From NCBI GenBank assembly GCA_016295035.1, contig JAEDLW010000001.1, forward strand, positions 2,149 through 66,148: DNA of 64,000 bases, given 5' to 3'. Shown here one piece after another: positions 39,320 to 47,560 of the stretch. A program made the position numbers and the translations under genes. The stretch is from Paludibacteraceae bacterium (lineage in GTDB: Bacteria; Bacteroidota; Bacteroidia; Bacteroidales; Paludibacteraceae). Numbering within the stretch: position 1 is the stretch's first letter; every line of letters starts with the position of its first letter. Under the pieces are notes generated by a model. The model was not told where the DNA came from, did not search any database, and was given only the letters and a program-made list of their open reading frames with translations.

Positions 39320-39320
39320 T

Positions 39321-40322
39321 ATGAAAAAATTATCGTATTCAGTTGTCATTAGGACTCTTGGAAACACTGGGCTTAAGTATAAGGCCTTGTTGGATTCTAT
39401 TGCCAATCAAACAATTCAACCGGAAGAAATTATAGTTGCAATTCCAAATGGTTACGAATTAGATTATTCATATGGTAATGAGCACATTGTACGTTGCAAA
39501 AAAGGCATGACTACACAACGTGCAGAAGGAATCTTAACTGCAAAATCTGATTATATCCTCGTGGTGGACGATGATGTGGAATTTGAAGCAACTATGGTAG
39601 AAGAATTGTATAAATATATGATTGCCAATAATCTCAATTGTTGCTTGCCTATGGAAGGAATTGATACTAATCAGGATAGTAACACAATGGACTTGAGATA
39701 CCCCTTCCTAACCCGACTACGGAACGGATTTACAGGACAAATGTTTACAAGTCGCAGAAAATCGAAATATTTGGATGTATTGACATTAGCCGCGGGGCAT
39801 AAGGTGTATATAAATAGTAATAATTTAGATACTTGTTACCTATGTACAACGGCTTGCTTTCAGTGTTTCTTTATTGAAACAAAATTGGCAAAGGCGGCTC
39901 ATTATGAGGAGGAAACTTGGCTTGAAGAAGGTTCTTATACATCATATTCAAGTTATGATGAACCTGTATTCTTTAGTAAGCTAAATAAAATAGGCCTTCG
40001 GATGGCTTATGCGTTACGTATTCGTTATAAGCATTTAGACGCAGGAGCGGGGCATAGAACTCGGAGTAAATTGGAAGACAAATCTTTAAGATATTTTTCT
40101 ATGGCGCGCAATAGGACGGTTTATTGGTATAGATTCATCTATCGGTATCAAACTTCACGAATTAATAAGTTGAGAGCTTTGCTTTGGGGGGGGTATTCTT
40201 TTGTCAATTGGACTATATGGACCATGCTTATTAATTGTCATCCAAAATACTGCAAATCACTAAAGCATATGTTCCTAGGCTATAAAGAAGCTGTTTTACT
40301 AATACGCTCGACGAAAAATTAG
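39321..40322 (+). CDS. Glycosyltransferase family 2 (solitary, outside the main locus)
   Basis: It has YSVVIRTLGNTGLKYKALLDSIANQT and VVDDDVEF (a DxD-like motif). Confidence 0.7.
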   Translation: MKKLSYSVVIRTLGNTGLKYKALLDSIANQTIQPEEIIVAIPNGYELDYSYGNEHIVRCKKGMTTQRAEGILTAKSDYILVVDDDVEFEATMVEELYKYMIANNLNCCLPMEGIDTNQDSNTMDLRYPFLTRLRNGFTGQMFTSRRKSKYLDVLTLAAGHKVYINSNNLDTCYLCTTACFQCFFIETKLAKAAHYEEETWLEEGSYTSYSSYDEPVFFSKLNKIGLRMAYALRIRYKHLDAGAGHRTRSKLEDKSLRYFSMARNRTVYWYRFIYRYQTSRINKLRALLWGGYSFVNWTIWTMLINCHPKYCKSLKHMFLGYKEAVLLIRSTKN

Positions 40323-40443
40323 CGTGTGCTTTTTTACAATTTCCACATTTTCACATCCATGTGCGGGGCAGGGTAAAAACGCTCGCAGTAATCGTAATAT
40401 TGTATATTATGGCGAAAACTATAACTCATATTATTGCGTGAAA

Positions 40444-40472
40444 GTGCCCGGCTTTGTCCGAGCACATTTTTT
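40444..40472 (+). terminator. Rho-independent terminator downstream of the GT2 gene
   Basis: GTGCCCGG (40444-51) pairs with TCCGAGCAC (40457-65) with one mismatch, followed by ATTTTTT. Confidence 0.6.
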
Positions 40473-40577
40473 CTTTGTCTATTTCAGGCAAATTGAATTT
40501 GCCGCTAAAAAAAGTACAAATCATACAATTTATCGCAAAAATCATAAAAAATCCTTGCATTTCCCACAAAAATTTAT

Positions 40578-40585
40578 TATCTTTG
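40578..40585 (+). promoter_or_regulatory. -7 box TATCTTTG preceded by a TTGC -33-like element
   Basis: ccTTGCatttcccacaaaaatttatTATCTTTGcactc resembles the 38987 promoter (cTTGCAT..TCCCA.AAAATT). It fires into the repeat-rich spacer. Confidence 0.45.
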
Positions 40586-40614
40586 CACTCGATTTTAAAA
40601 CCAAAGCTCTATGA

Positions 40615-40671
40615 CACCAACCACAAAAAACCAATCACCAACCACAAAAAACCAATCACCAACCACAAAAA
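40615..40671. repeat. About 2.7 copies of the 21-bp unit CACCAACCACAAAAAACCAAT
   Basis: Full copies lie at 40615-35 and 40636-56, with a partial copy at 40657-71. The minus strand carries GGTGATT twice, 21 bp apart. Confidence 0.9.
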
Positions 40672-40672
40672 C

Positions 40673-40716
40673 ATAGGTGATTCATAGGATATTCATAGGT
40701 TATTCATAGGTGGTTC
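40673..40716. repeat. Four copies of the 11-bp unit ATAGGnnnTTC
   Basis: The sequence is ataggtgattc ataggatattc ataggttattc ataggtggttc. Looser ATTTATAGG copies follow to about 40770, and another GGTGATTA lies at 40795-40802. Confidence 0.85.
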
Positions 40717-40849
40717 TTAAAATATTTATAGGATGTTTTTAAGATATTTATAAGTAATTTATAGGTGGTCAGGCTGTTCATAGTGTAATCCTAAGGTGAT
40801 TAAAATATAAATTAATGGAAAAATATTTGCATAAATGCAAAAAAAGCTG

Positions 40850-40857
40850 TACCTTTG
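40850..40857 (+). promoter_or_regulatory. -7 box TACCTTTG upstream of the amidase-like gene
   Basis: agctgTACCTTTGcgcc lies 28 nt before the ATG at 40885. Confidence 0.5.
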
Positions 40858-40884
40858 CGCCGTAATTTGGAATAATGTGTATAT

Positions 40885-43113
40885 ATGATAAATCAAATGG
40901 GAAAAATGGGAATAAAAAAGATTGGGAGTATCATTGTTTTGTTACTGCTGGCAACCAGTGGCTACGCTGTTGATTTGCACGTACTTGCAGACTCCTTGGA
41001 TAACTGGGCAGACTTCAAACTCGGCTGCATACCTAAAGTGCGGGTGACCCAGCTCAAAACAAAAGACAAAGAGATTTGGCTCTACACAAACAAAACTCTC
41101 TCCTGCCTGTCTCTCAGCCCTGATGACATTTCCTCTTTGCGCGCGAAAGTGAGCCAATGGGTAACCGGCAAAGATACTGAGCATGTCACCATTTACTCCG
41201 ATGGATTCGAATTGGACGAACTGGTTACTGAGCGTTTTCGTTCGCGGCCAGAAGAGGAACACTACCCTATACCCAATCGCCGTGAATTAGGCTGTAATCT
41301 GAACGGACAGCATATCGCGCTATGGCCCAGTCACGGCATCTACTACAATCGCGATGAGGACCGATGGAAATTACAACGCGCAACAATGTGGTCCACCGTA
41401 GAAGATTTATATACTACATCGTACGCCGAACAAGTTAGCCAGATGCTTGAACGCGCTGGCGCTACCGTACATTGGCCGCGCGCACGATATGGCAAGGACG
41501 AAAAGGCTAGCGAAATCGGACCAAGTGGCTATCCGCGCTGGGCTGAAGGAGCAAGATATTGGCTTGAGTACATTGGCGTTTCAGATAGCATATGGAATCC
41601 AGTCACCGATAAATCCAATCCCGCGAAAGATAGTGTGCGCAACGATTATTTAGATGACTTGCGCTGCCGAGGACATTGGGTCAATTGGCTTAAAACAAAA
41701 GGCATACCGGTGACTTTATCCATTGCGCTTCATACCGATGGATACTCGCAAGTAGGTGATAGCCTGACAATTGGCACACTCGCCATCTACTCTATCAACG
41801 ACTACTACAAGATGCGTACGTTCCCGAATAAGCGCAGCCGCATTCTCAACCGCGACTTGGCAGACTACGTGCAAACACAAGTAGTCGAAGATATCCGCGC
41901 AACACATGACCCAAACTGGAAACGCCGCGAACTGCAGAATGCCGGATATGCCGAAGCACGTTATACCCAAGTACCAGCCGTTTTATTGGAAATACTGAGT
42001 CATAAACAATTTGCGGATATCCGTCTCGGTCTTGAACCACAGTTCCGGCACGATGTAGCACGGGCTATCTATAAAGGTATTGGCAGATGGATTCACTCGC
42101 AAGTAGGTACCGACTTCGTCGTTCAGCCGCTTAAAGTGCAGAAAATGTCGATTTCACCGGATATGGAACTGACTTGGATACCGACGATTGACCCTATTGA
42201 ACCGTCTGCAAAACCAACTTACTACCTCGTTGAACTGCGTGAGAATGGTGGCCCATGGTATACTGCTGAACGCACAACCAAAACACATTATAAACTACCT
42301 GCCAAACAAGGTGTGCGTTACGATGTGCGCGTAATAGCCGGAAACGACGGAGGAACAAGTGCCACAAGCGAGACATTAAGTGCTCATATTGGTAAACCGA
42401 ATAAACCTTCTGTACTTATCATCAATGCCTTCAACCTCACTTCTGGTCCGCGTTGGTGGGCTGAGAACCAAAAGGCTGGTATCGTTCCTAACTCATATAG
42501 CATTCCTGATGGAGAAGATGGTATTTATATCGGCCAACAATGGGAATTCAACCGCGCACTAGACTGGGTTAGCGACGACGACTGCGGATGGGGCATGTCT
42601 TATCGCGACCAAACCGGAACACGACAAGTCGGCAATACGCATGACTACCCTGTTCTGCACGGACACGCTTTACAAGAATTAGGTTATACTTTCATAAGCG
42701 TGAATAGCGAGGCTATCGACACTATAGATGCACGCTGGGACGCTTTGGATATCATTTTCGGCAAAGACACTATCATCTCTTTCCCCGAACTTACTCGTTG
42801 GCAAGGAAAAACGCTGGTTAGTGGCGCATTACTGGGCACTATTCCTAATGCAAGCAGAACTGGTCAAGTTCGTCTTAGGGATAAGAACTATCGCTTTGCG
42901 GTAACACCTAATCCACAATACCTCTGCGCCGAAAATGCAACCGGACAAGTCGCAAAAACCGATGAGTGCGTTCTTGCTCGCTTTGCTGATAGCGGCATAC
43001 CTGCTTGTATAAAAACAAATAACAGCGTTATCTGGAGTGTTCCGTTAGAGAGCTTTGAAGACTTCAGTAGCTTATATAAACAATCAATCCAAATCTTACT
43101 CAGGAGCAAATGA
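40885..43113 (+). CDS. Secreted Amidase_3-like (N-acetylmuramoyl-L-alanine amidase fold) domain protein with a large C-terminal extension
   Basis: It has the signal-like sequence MGIKKIGSIIVLLLLATSGYA, LSIALHTDGYS and VPAVLLEILSHKQFADIRLGLEPQFRHDVARAIYKGI, matching the Amidase_3 core pattern. The exact start is uncertain (M1, M5 or M8). Confidence 0.6.
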   Translation: MINQMGKMGIKKIGSIIVLLLLATSGYAVDLHVLADSLDNWADFKLGCIPKVRVTQLKTKDKEIWLYTNKTLSCLSLSPDDISSLRAKVSQWVTGKDTEHVTIYSDGFELDELVTERFRSRPEEEHYPIPNRRELGCNLNGQHIALWPSHGIYYNRDEDRWKLQRATMWSTVEDLYTTSYAEQVSQMLERAGATVHWPRARYGKDEKASEIGPSGYPRWAEGARYWLEYIGVSDSIWNPVTDKSNPAKDSVRNDYLDDLRCRGHWVNWLKTKGIPVTLSIALHTDGYSQVGDSLTIGTLAIYSINDYYKMRTFPNKRSRILNRDLADYVQTQVVEDIRATHDPNWKRRELQNAGYAEARYTQVPAVLLEILSHKQFADIRLGLEPQFRHDVARAIYKGIGRWIHSQVGTDFVVQPLKVQKMSISPDMELTWIPTIDPIEPSAKPTYYLVELRENGGPWYTAERTTKTHYKLPAKQGVRYDVRVIAGNDGGTSATSETLSAHIGKPNKPSVLIINAFNLTSGPRWWAENQKAGIVPNSYSIPDGEDGIYIGQQWEFNRALDWVSDDDCGWGMSYRDQTGTRQVGNTHDYPVLHGHALQELGYTFISVNSEAIDTIDARWDALDIIFGKDTIISFPELTRWQGKTLVSGALLGTIPNASRTGQVRLRDKNYRFAVTPNPQYLCAENATGQVAKTDECVLARFADSGIPACIKTNNSVIWSVPLESFEDFSSLYKQSIQILLRSK

Positions 43114-44534
43114 AAAAGAAGAACCTACCTCTATTAGAGCACATTGAAATAACCGGAATAGCTGCGGAAGGCAAAGCTTTAGCGCGTGTGGACGACGTCG
43201 TTGTTTTCGTTCCTTACTGCGTGCCGGGAGATATTGTGGATATTCAAGTGACAAAGAAAAAGCACTCCTTTATGGAAGGACGAGTCGTACGTCTTATTCA
43301 CCCTTCGGCTCAACGCTGCGAAGCTATGTGCAAGCACTATGGTATATGCGGCGGTTGTAAATGGCAGATCCTTCCTTACAAAGAACAACTACGTTGGAAA
43401 CAGCAACAGGTAACAGATAACTTGACTCGAATAGGAAAGTTACAACTTCCTCCGATTTCACCGATTCTCGGCAGCAAAAAAATATATGAATATCGCAACA
43501 AATTAGAGTTCACTTTTGCTGAGCATAAATGGCTGACAACAGAGCAAATGAGCGAATTAAAGGAAAATCCCAACAACGAAACCCTTCGCGAGCCGGCACT
43601 CGGTTTTCATATACCCAACTGCTTCGACAAAGTGCTGCAGATTGATGAGTGTCACCTGATGCCGAATATCCAAAACGAGATACGCAATGCCGTGCGTGAG
43701 TACGCCATGTCACGTGGAATAACGTTTTACAACGAACGTAGCCATGAGGGGCAACTACGCAATCTAATGATACGTAACAACCACCTCGGTGAACTAATGG
43801 TGGTTATCGTTTTTGCCGACAAAAAGACACCTATAGAAGGTCTTATGAACATGTTGCACGAGCATTTCCCGCAAATAGTCAGCCTAATGTATTGCCTCAA
43901 CGAGAAATTGAACGACACCATCGGCGATTTGCCCGTGCAGACATTCTACGGACAGGATTATATCCTGGAACAGATGGAAAACCTGCAGTTCAAAGTAGGA
44001 CCTAAATCCTTCTATCAAACCAATACCGAACAAGCTTACGAATTATATAAGGTAGCCCGCCATTTTGCCTTGGAAGGTGCGAAAAATAAACCGCTAATAT
44101 ATGATCTCTACACAGGAACCGGCACTATCGCTAATTTTGTAGCACCATATGCTAGCAAGGTTATCGGAATCGAATATGTTGAAGACGCTGTAGTAGATGC
44201 ACGTATTAATGCTCAGCTAAATCACCTCGACAATACCATATTTTTTGCAGGAGACATGAAAAATGTACTTTCTGCCGATTTCATCGAGCAAAATGGTCGA
44301 CCTGATGTCATTATCACAGACCCGCCAAGAGCTGGAATGCACGAAGATGTAGTCAATGTTATTTTGCATGCAGCACCAGAGCGAATCGTTTATGTGAGTT
44401 GCAATCCGGCTACGCAAGCTCGCGACTTGGCATTAATGGACAATCTGTACGAAATAAAAGCTGTTCAGCCGGTAGATATGTTCCCACAGACGCAACATGT
44501 AGAAAACGTCGTCTTATTAACACGTCGCCTATGA
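43110..44534 (+). CDS. rlmD: 23S rRNA (uracil-C5)-methyltransferase RlmD/RumA family
   Basis: It has a TRAM domain, the Fe-S cysteines CEAMCKHYGICGGCKWQ, the SAM motif DLYTGTGTI and the catalytic motif ITDPPRAG...SCNP. ATGA overlap with the upstream gene. Confidence 0.88.
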   Translation: MKKKNLPLLEHIEITGIAAEGKALARVDDVVVFVPYCVPGDIVDIQVTKKKHSFMEGRVVRLIHPSAQRCEAMCKHYGICGGCKWQILPYKEQLRWKQQQVTDNLTRIGKLQLPPISPILGSKKIYEYRNKLEFTFAEHKWLTTEQMSELKENPNNETLREPALGFHIPNCFDKVLQIDECHLMPNIQNEIRNAVREYAMSRGITFYNERSHEGQLRNLMIRNNHLGELMVVIVFADKKTPIEGLMNMLHEHFPQIVSLMYCLNEKLNDTIGDLPVQTFYGQDYILEQMENLQFKVGPKSFYQTNTEQAYELYKVARHFALEGAKNKPLIYDLYTGTGTIANFVAPYASKVIGIEYVEDAVVDARINAQLNHLDNTIFFAGDMKNVLSADFIEQNGRPDVIITDPPRAGMHEDVVNVILHAAPERIVYVSCNPATQARDLALMDNLYEIKAVQPVDMFPQTQHVENVVLLTRRL

Positions 44535-45916
44535 ACCTGCTATTTATCCTCTTAAATGTCTATTTTGTATCTTTTACCGACAAAATCGGTAGTACTTCGC
44601 CAGCACTCTCGCCTACTGCACTATCAATGCGCGAAGCACATAACATAGAAATAGACGACCTCGACTACCCCGTTTCTACTGATTACCTCAATGCTATACG
44701 AGCAACTGGCGCAACAGTACTTCACACCTCGCGTTGGTTCAACGGAGCAACGGTTGAAACGGACGATAGTACGGCAATACAAGCCATTCGCACTCTTACT
44801 TATGTTTCTTCGGCTACGATGACGCGGGATAAAACGATTCCTGCCGGTATCTCACAACGCAAGTTAGCGAAGCGGACCGTCGTTGGCGAACCGTCCTATT
44901 ACCAGCAACAGGCCATCTACAATCTTCATCCTTTGCACCAACTCGGTTATGAGGGGCAAGGCATTCGTATCGCCATCTGCGACAATGGTTTTTACAATGT
45001 GAACCATATAAAATGGGCAGATTCAGAACATTTCCTTGGACACTACGATTTAACTGATGACACCTATGATTTCTTCAGTTCCAGTGGTACTCACGGCGAG
45101 CATGTCCTTTCGTTTATTGCAGGTAACACCTCCACTTACCATGGCGCAGCAGTTAATGCGCACTACTACCTGATACGCTCTGAGGAGACTGATACCGAGA
45201 GCCCGAAAGAGTTGGATAATTTGGTGGCTGCGATGGAGAAAGCTGATAGCCTCGGTGCACATATCTTCACCGCCTCATTAGGTTATCAAGCTTTTGATAA
45301 TGCGCAATGGAGTTTGACTTATTCCCAACTTAACGGCAAAACGACGCGTGCATCTCGAGCGGCTACTATCGCATCCCGTAAAGGAATGTTCGTTTGCATC
45401 GCAATGGGCAATGAAGGGAATAAAGCCTGGCACTATCTATCAGCTCCGGCCGATGCAGATAGTATATGCGCCGTGGGGGCCATAACATATAATCGTGATG
45501 TAGCCTCATTCTCGTCACGCGGTCCAAGTGCCGACGGACGCGTCAAACCTGACGTGTGCGCTCTTGGCGAATATGCTTACTATGTCAAACCGGACGGCAT
45601 AAATATCGACGCAGGAAACGGCACTAGTTACGCTACGCCTTTGTTTGCCGGAATGGTTGCATGTCTTTGGTCTGCATTACCCAACCTCTCAAATATGGAA
45701 CTGCGTGACCTCATTATACAATCTGCAGACCACTACAACGACCCTGACGCCAATTTCGGCTATGGCATTCCGGATGCTATGAAAGCATACAAAACAGCTA
45801 CTAATCTGATAACAACTAACCAATACAATAGCCCGGCACGTAAGGTGTTGCGAGACGGAGCACTATGGCTTATCGTAGACGGAAAAGAATATAATGTACT
45901 CGGTATTAGACATTAA
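44531..45916 (+). CDS. S8-family (subtilisin-like) serine peptidase
   Basis: I trimmed the start to MNLLFILLNVYFVSFTDK (ATGA overlap with the rlmD stop). The catalytic residues appear as AICDNGF, SGTHGEHVLS and GNGTSYATPLFAG. Confidence 0.85.
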   Translation: MNLLFILLNVYFVSFTDKIGSTSPALSPTALSMREAHNIEIDDLDYPVSTDYLNAIRATGATVLHTSRWFNGATVETDDSTAIQAIRTLTYVSSATMTRDKTIPAGISQRKLAKRTVVGEPSYYQQQAIYNLHPLHQLGYEGQGIRIAICDNGFYNVNHIKWADSEHFLGHYDLTDDTYDFFSSSGTHGEHVLSFIAGNTSTYHGAAVNAHYYLIRSEETDTESPKELDNLVAAMEKADSLGAHIFTASLGYQAFDNAQWSLTYSQLNGKTTRASRAATIASRKGMFVCIAMGNEGNKAWHYLSAPADADSICAVGAITYNRDVASFSSRGPSADGRVKPDVCALGEYAYYVKPDGINIDAGNGTSYATPLFAGMVACLWSALPNLSNMELRDLIIQSADHYNDPDANFGYGIPDAMKAYKTATNLITTNQYNSPARKVLRDGALWLIVDGKEYNVLGIRH

Positions 45917-45918
45917 AA

Positions 45919-46018
45919 AAGGTAGGCTAACTACATCGCACCGCTACAACCTCCTACCCTTGCTTCGGTCAAGACCTGGGGGAATTTAGAGGGAGCTGGT
46001 CGTATAGCACCTACCTAA
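45919..46018 (-). ncRNA. ffs: Signal recognition particle RNA (4.5S, small bacterial type); ends approximate
   Basis: The minus strand reads AGGTAGGTGCTATACGACCAGCTCCCTCTAAATTCCCCCAGGTCTTGACCGAAGCAAGGGTAGGAGGTTGTAGCGGTGCGATGTAGTTAGCCTACCTTTTTT. CAGGUC-n6-GAAGCA matches the domain IV core of E. coli 4.5S RNA (CAGGUCCGGAAGGAAGCA), and GAUGUAG is also shared. The molecule is rod-like, with a strong promoter and a T-run. Confidence 0.75.
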
Positions 46019-46026
46019 ATCGGCTG

Positions 46027-46034
46027 CAAAAGTA
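46027..46034 (-). promoter_or_regulatory. -7 box TACTTTTG of the ffs promoter
   Basis: The minus strand reads GTATTCCAAATAAAAGCAGTACTTTTGCAGCCG. Confidence 0.6.
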
Positions 46035-46081
46035 CTGCTTTTATTTGGAATACACAAGTTTTTGGCAAAAAAAATAGCGTT

Positions 46082-47473
46082 TTGTTAGAAAATTTCATTA
46101 TATCACGCATTAAAGCGGAACTTCCGTTCGAGGCAAATGAAGAAAAAGGAGAACTTTTCACTCGCCTCGGTCGTTTTATGGTGAGCCCGGATCCACGCAA
46201 GTGTTTCGTGCTTAAAGGCTACGCAGGAACCGGTAAAACGAGCGTGGTCAGTGCCTTGGTGCGTGCATTAGAAAAACTACATATTAATACCGTCCTTTTA
46301 GCGCCGACTGGTCGTGCTGCAAAAGTACTATCCCGCTACTCCGGTTATCCAGCCTTCACAATTCATAAATGGATTTACAGGCAGGACTCGGCTGTTCAGG
46401 AGACATTTTCTGTGGCTGAAAATAAGAACCAAAACACCCTTTTCATCGTTGACGAAGCCAGTATGATTCCCGCTGTAAAGGATAACGAGAACTTCGGTTC
46501 CGGAAGCCTGCTTAATGACTTGGTGAGTTATGTCTATAATAGTCAAGGCTGCTCTTTGCTATTGTTGGGTGATGATGCTCAATTACCACCTGTGGGTAGT
46601 AGCGACAGCAAGGCGCTTGAACCGGACTTCCTTGCCGGCTATGGTTTGAGTGTTATGAGTTACAGCCTCACACAAGTAGCACGTCAAGCTCTTGATAGCG
46701 GCATTCTACGCAATGCCACCAAACTGCGTGAAAAGCTAAATTCTTCCGATTTTACCGTACAAATCTACCCTTGTGGAGACGTTAAAGAAATACATGGCAC
46801 AGAAGTTCAAGAACTCTTAGAACGCAGTTATCAAGAAGTAGGCGATGAAGAAACAATAATTCTTACGCGCACTAACAAGCGCACAAACCTTTACAACCAG
46901 GGCGTGCGCGCGAGAGTTTTCTGGAAAGAGGACCAAATAAGCAATGGTGACCGACTCATGGTCAGTAAGAATAACTATTTTTGGACCAAAGAATACGACC
47001 ACCTTCCTTTCCTAGCCAACGGCGACATCATGGAAATCACCCGTCTTCGTAATGAACGTGAACTGTACGGTTTCCACTTTGTTGATGCTTCCTTGCGATT
47101 AGTAGACTACAATTATGATGTGGACGCTATTCTGTGGATAGATACTCTCTTCACAGACTCACCGGATAAAAGTTATGCTCTCCAGCGAGAACTCTTCAGC
47201 AAAATAGCAGAAGACTATCCAGAGATACATAACAAAAAAGACCTCGTAAAACGCATTCGCGAGAACGAGTATTACAACGCACTACAGATACGCTTTGCGT
47301 ATGCTGTCACTTGTCACAAGGCACAAGGCGGTCAGTGGCGACGCGTCTTTATCGATCCCGGCACACCTAATCCTAACAATATCCTTACCCTCGACGACCA
47401 ACGCGATTATTTACGCTGGTACTATACTGCTCTCACGCGAGCAACCGAACAAATTTATATTATTCGGCAATAA
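46082..47473 (+). CDS. RecD/TraA-like superfamily 1 helicase (AAA_30 plus UvrD_C_2 architecture)
   Basis: It has Walker A GYAGTGKTSVVSAL, Walker B LFIVDEASMI, and the C-terminal motif AVTCHKAQGGQW. It appears to start at TTG; no in-frame ATG occurs before residue 33. Confidence 0.8.
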   Translation: MLENFIISRIKAELPFEANEEKGELFTRLGRFMVSPDPRKCFVLKGYAGTGKTSVVSALVRALEKLHINTVLLAPTGRAAKVLSRYSGYPAFTIHKWIYRQDSAVQETFSVAENKNQNTLFIVDEASMIPAVKDNENFGSGSLLNDLVSYVYNSQGCSLLLLGDDAQLPPVGSSDSKALEPDFLAGYGLSVMSYSLTQVARQALDSGILRNATKLREKLNSSDFTVQIYPCGDVKEIHGTEVQELLERSYQEVGDEETIILTRTNKRTNLYNQGVRARVFWKEDQISNGDRLMVSKNNYFWTKEYDHLPFLANGDIMEITRLRNERELYGFHFVDASLRLVDYNYDVDAILWIDTLFTDSPDKSYALQRELFSKIAEDYPEIHNKKDLVKRIRENEYYNALQIRFAYAVTCHKAQGGQWRRVFIDPGTPNPNNILTLDDQRDYLRWYYTALTRATEQIYIIRQ

Positions 47474-47521
47474 TTTATGTAAAAAATACACTTTTTATTT
47501 GTACAAATAAAATAATTTTTG

Positions 47522-47529
47522 TAACTTTG
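47522..47529 (+). promoter_or_regulatory. -7 box TAACTTTG upstream of the lipoprotein/OmpA pair
   Basis: ttgTAACTTTGccgcg lies 32 nt before the ATG at 47561. Confidence 0.5.
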
Positions 47530-47560
47530 CCGCGTTTTTGGTATAAATAATAATTTCTAT

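Noticed and set aside
40324-40687. Track ORFs of 96 aa and 77 aa lie in the GT2-to-amidase spacer.
   Set aside because: They span a terminator hairpin and a promoter box, have low-complexity translations and show no plausible start context. Only the 21-codon repeat ORF is kept, as a low-confidence curiosity.
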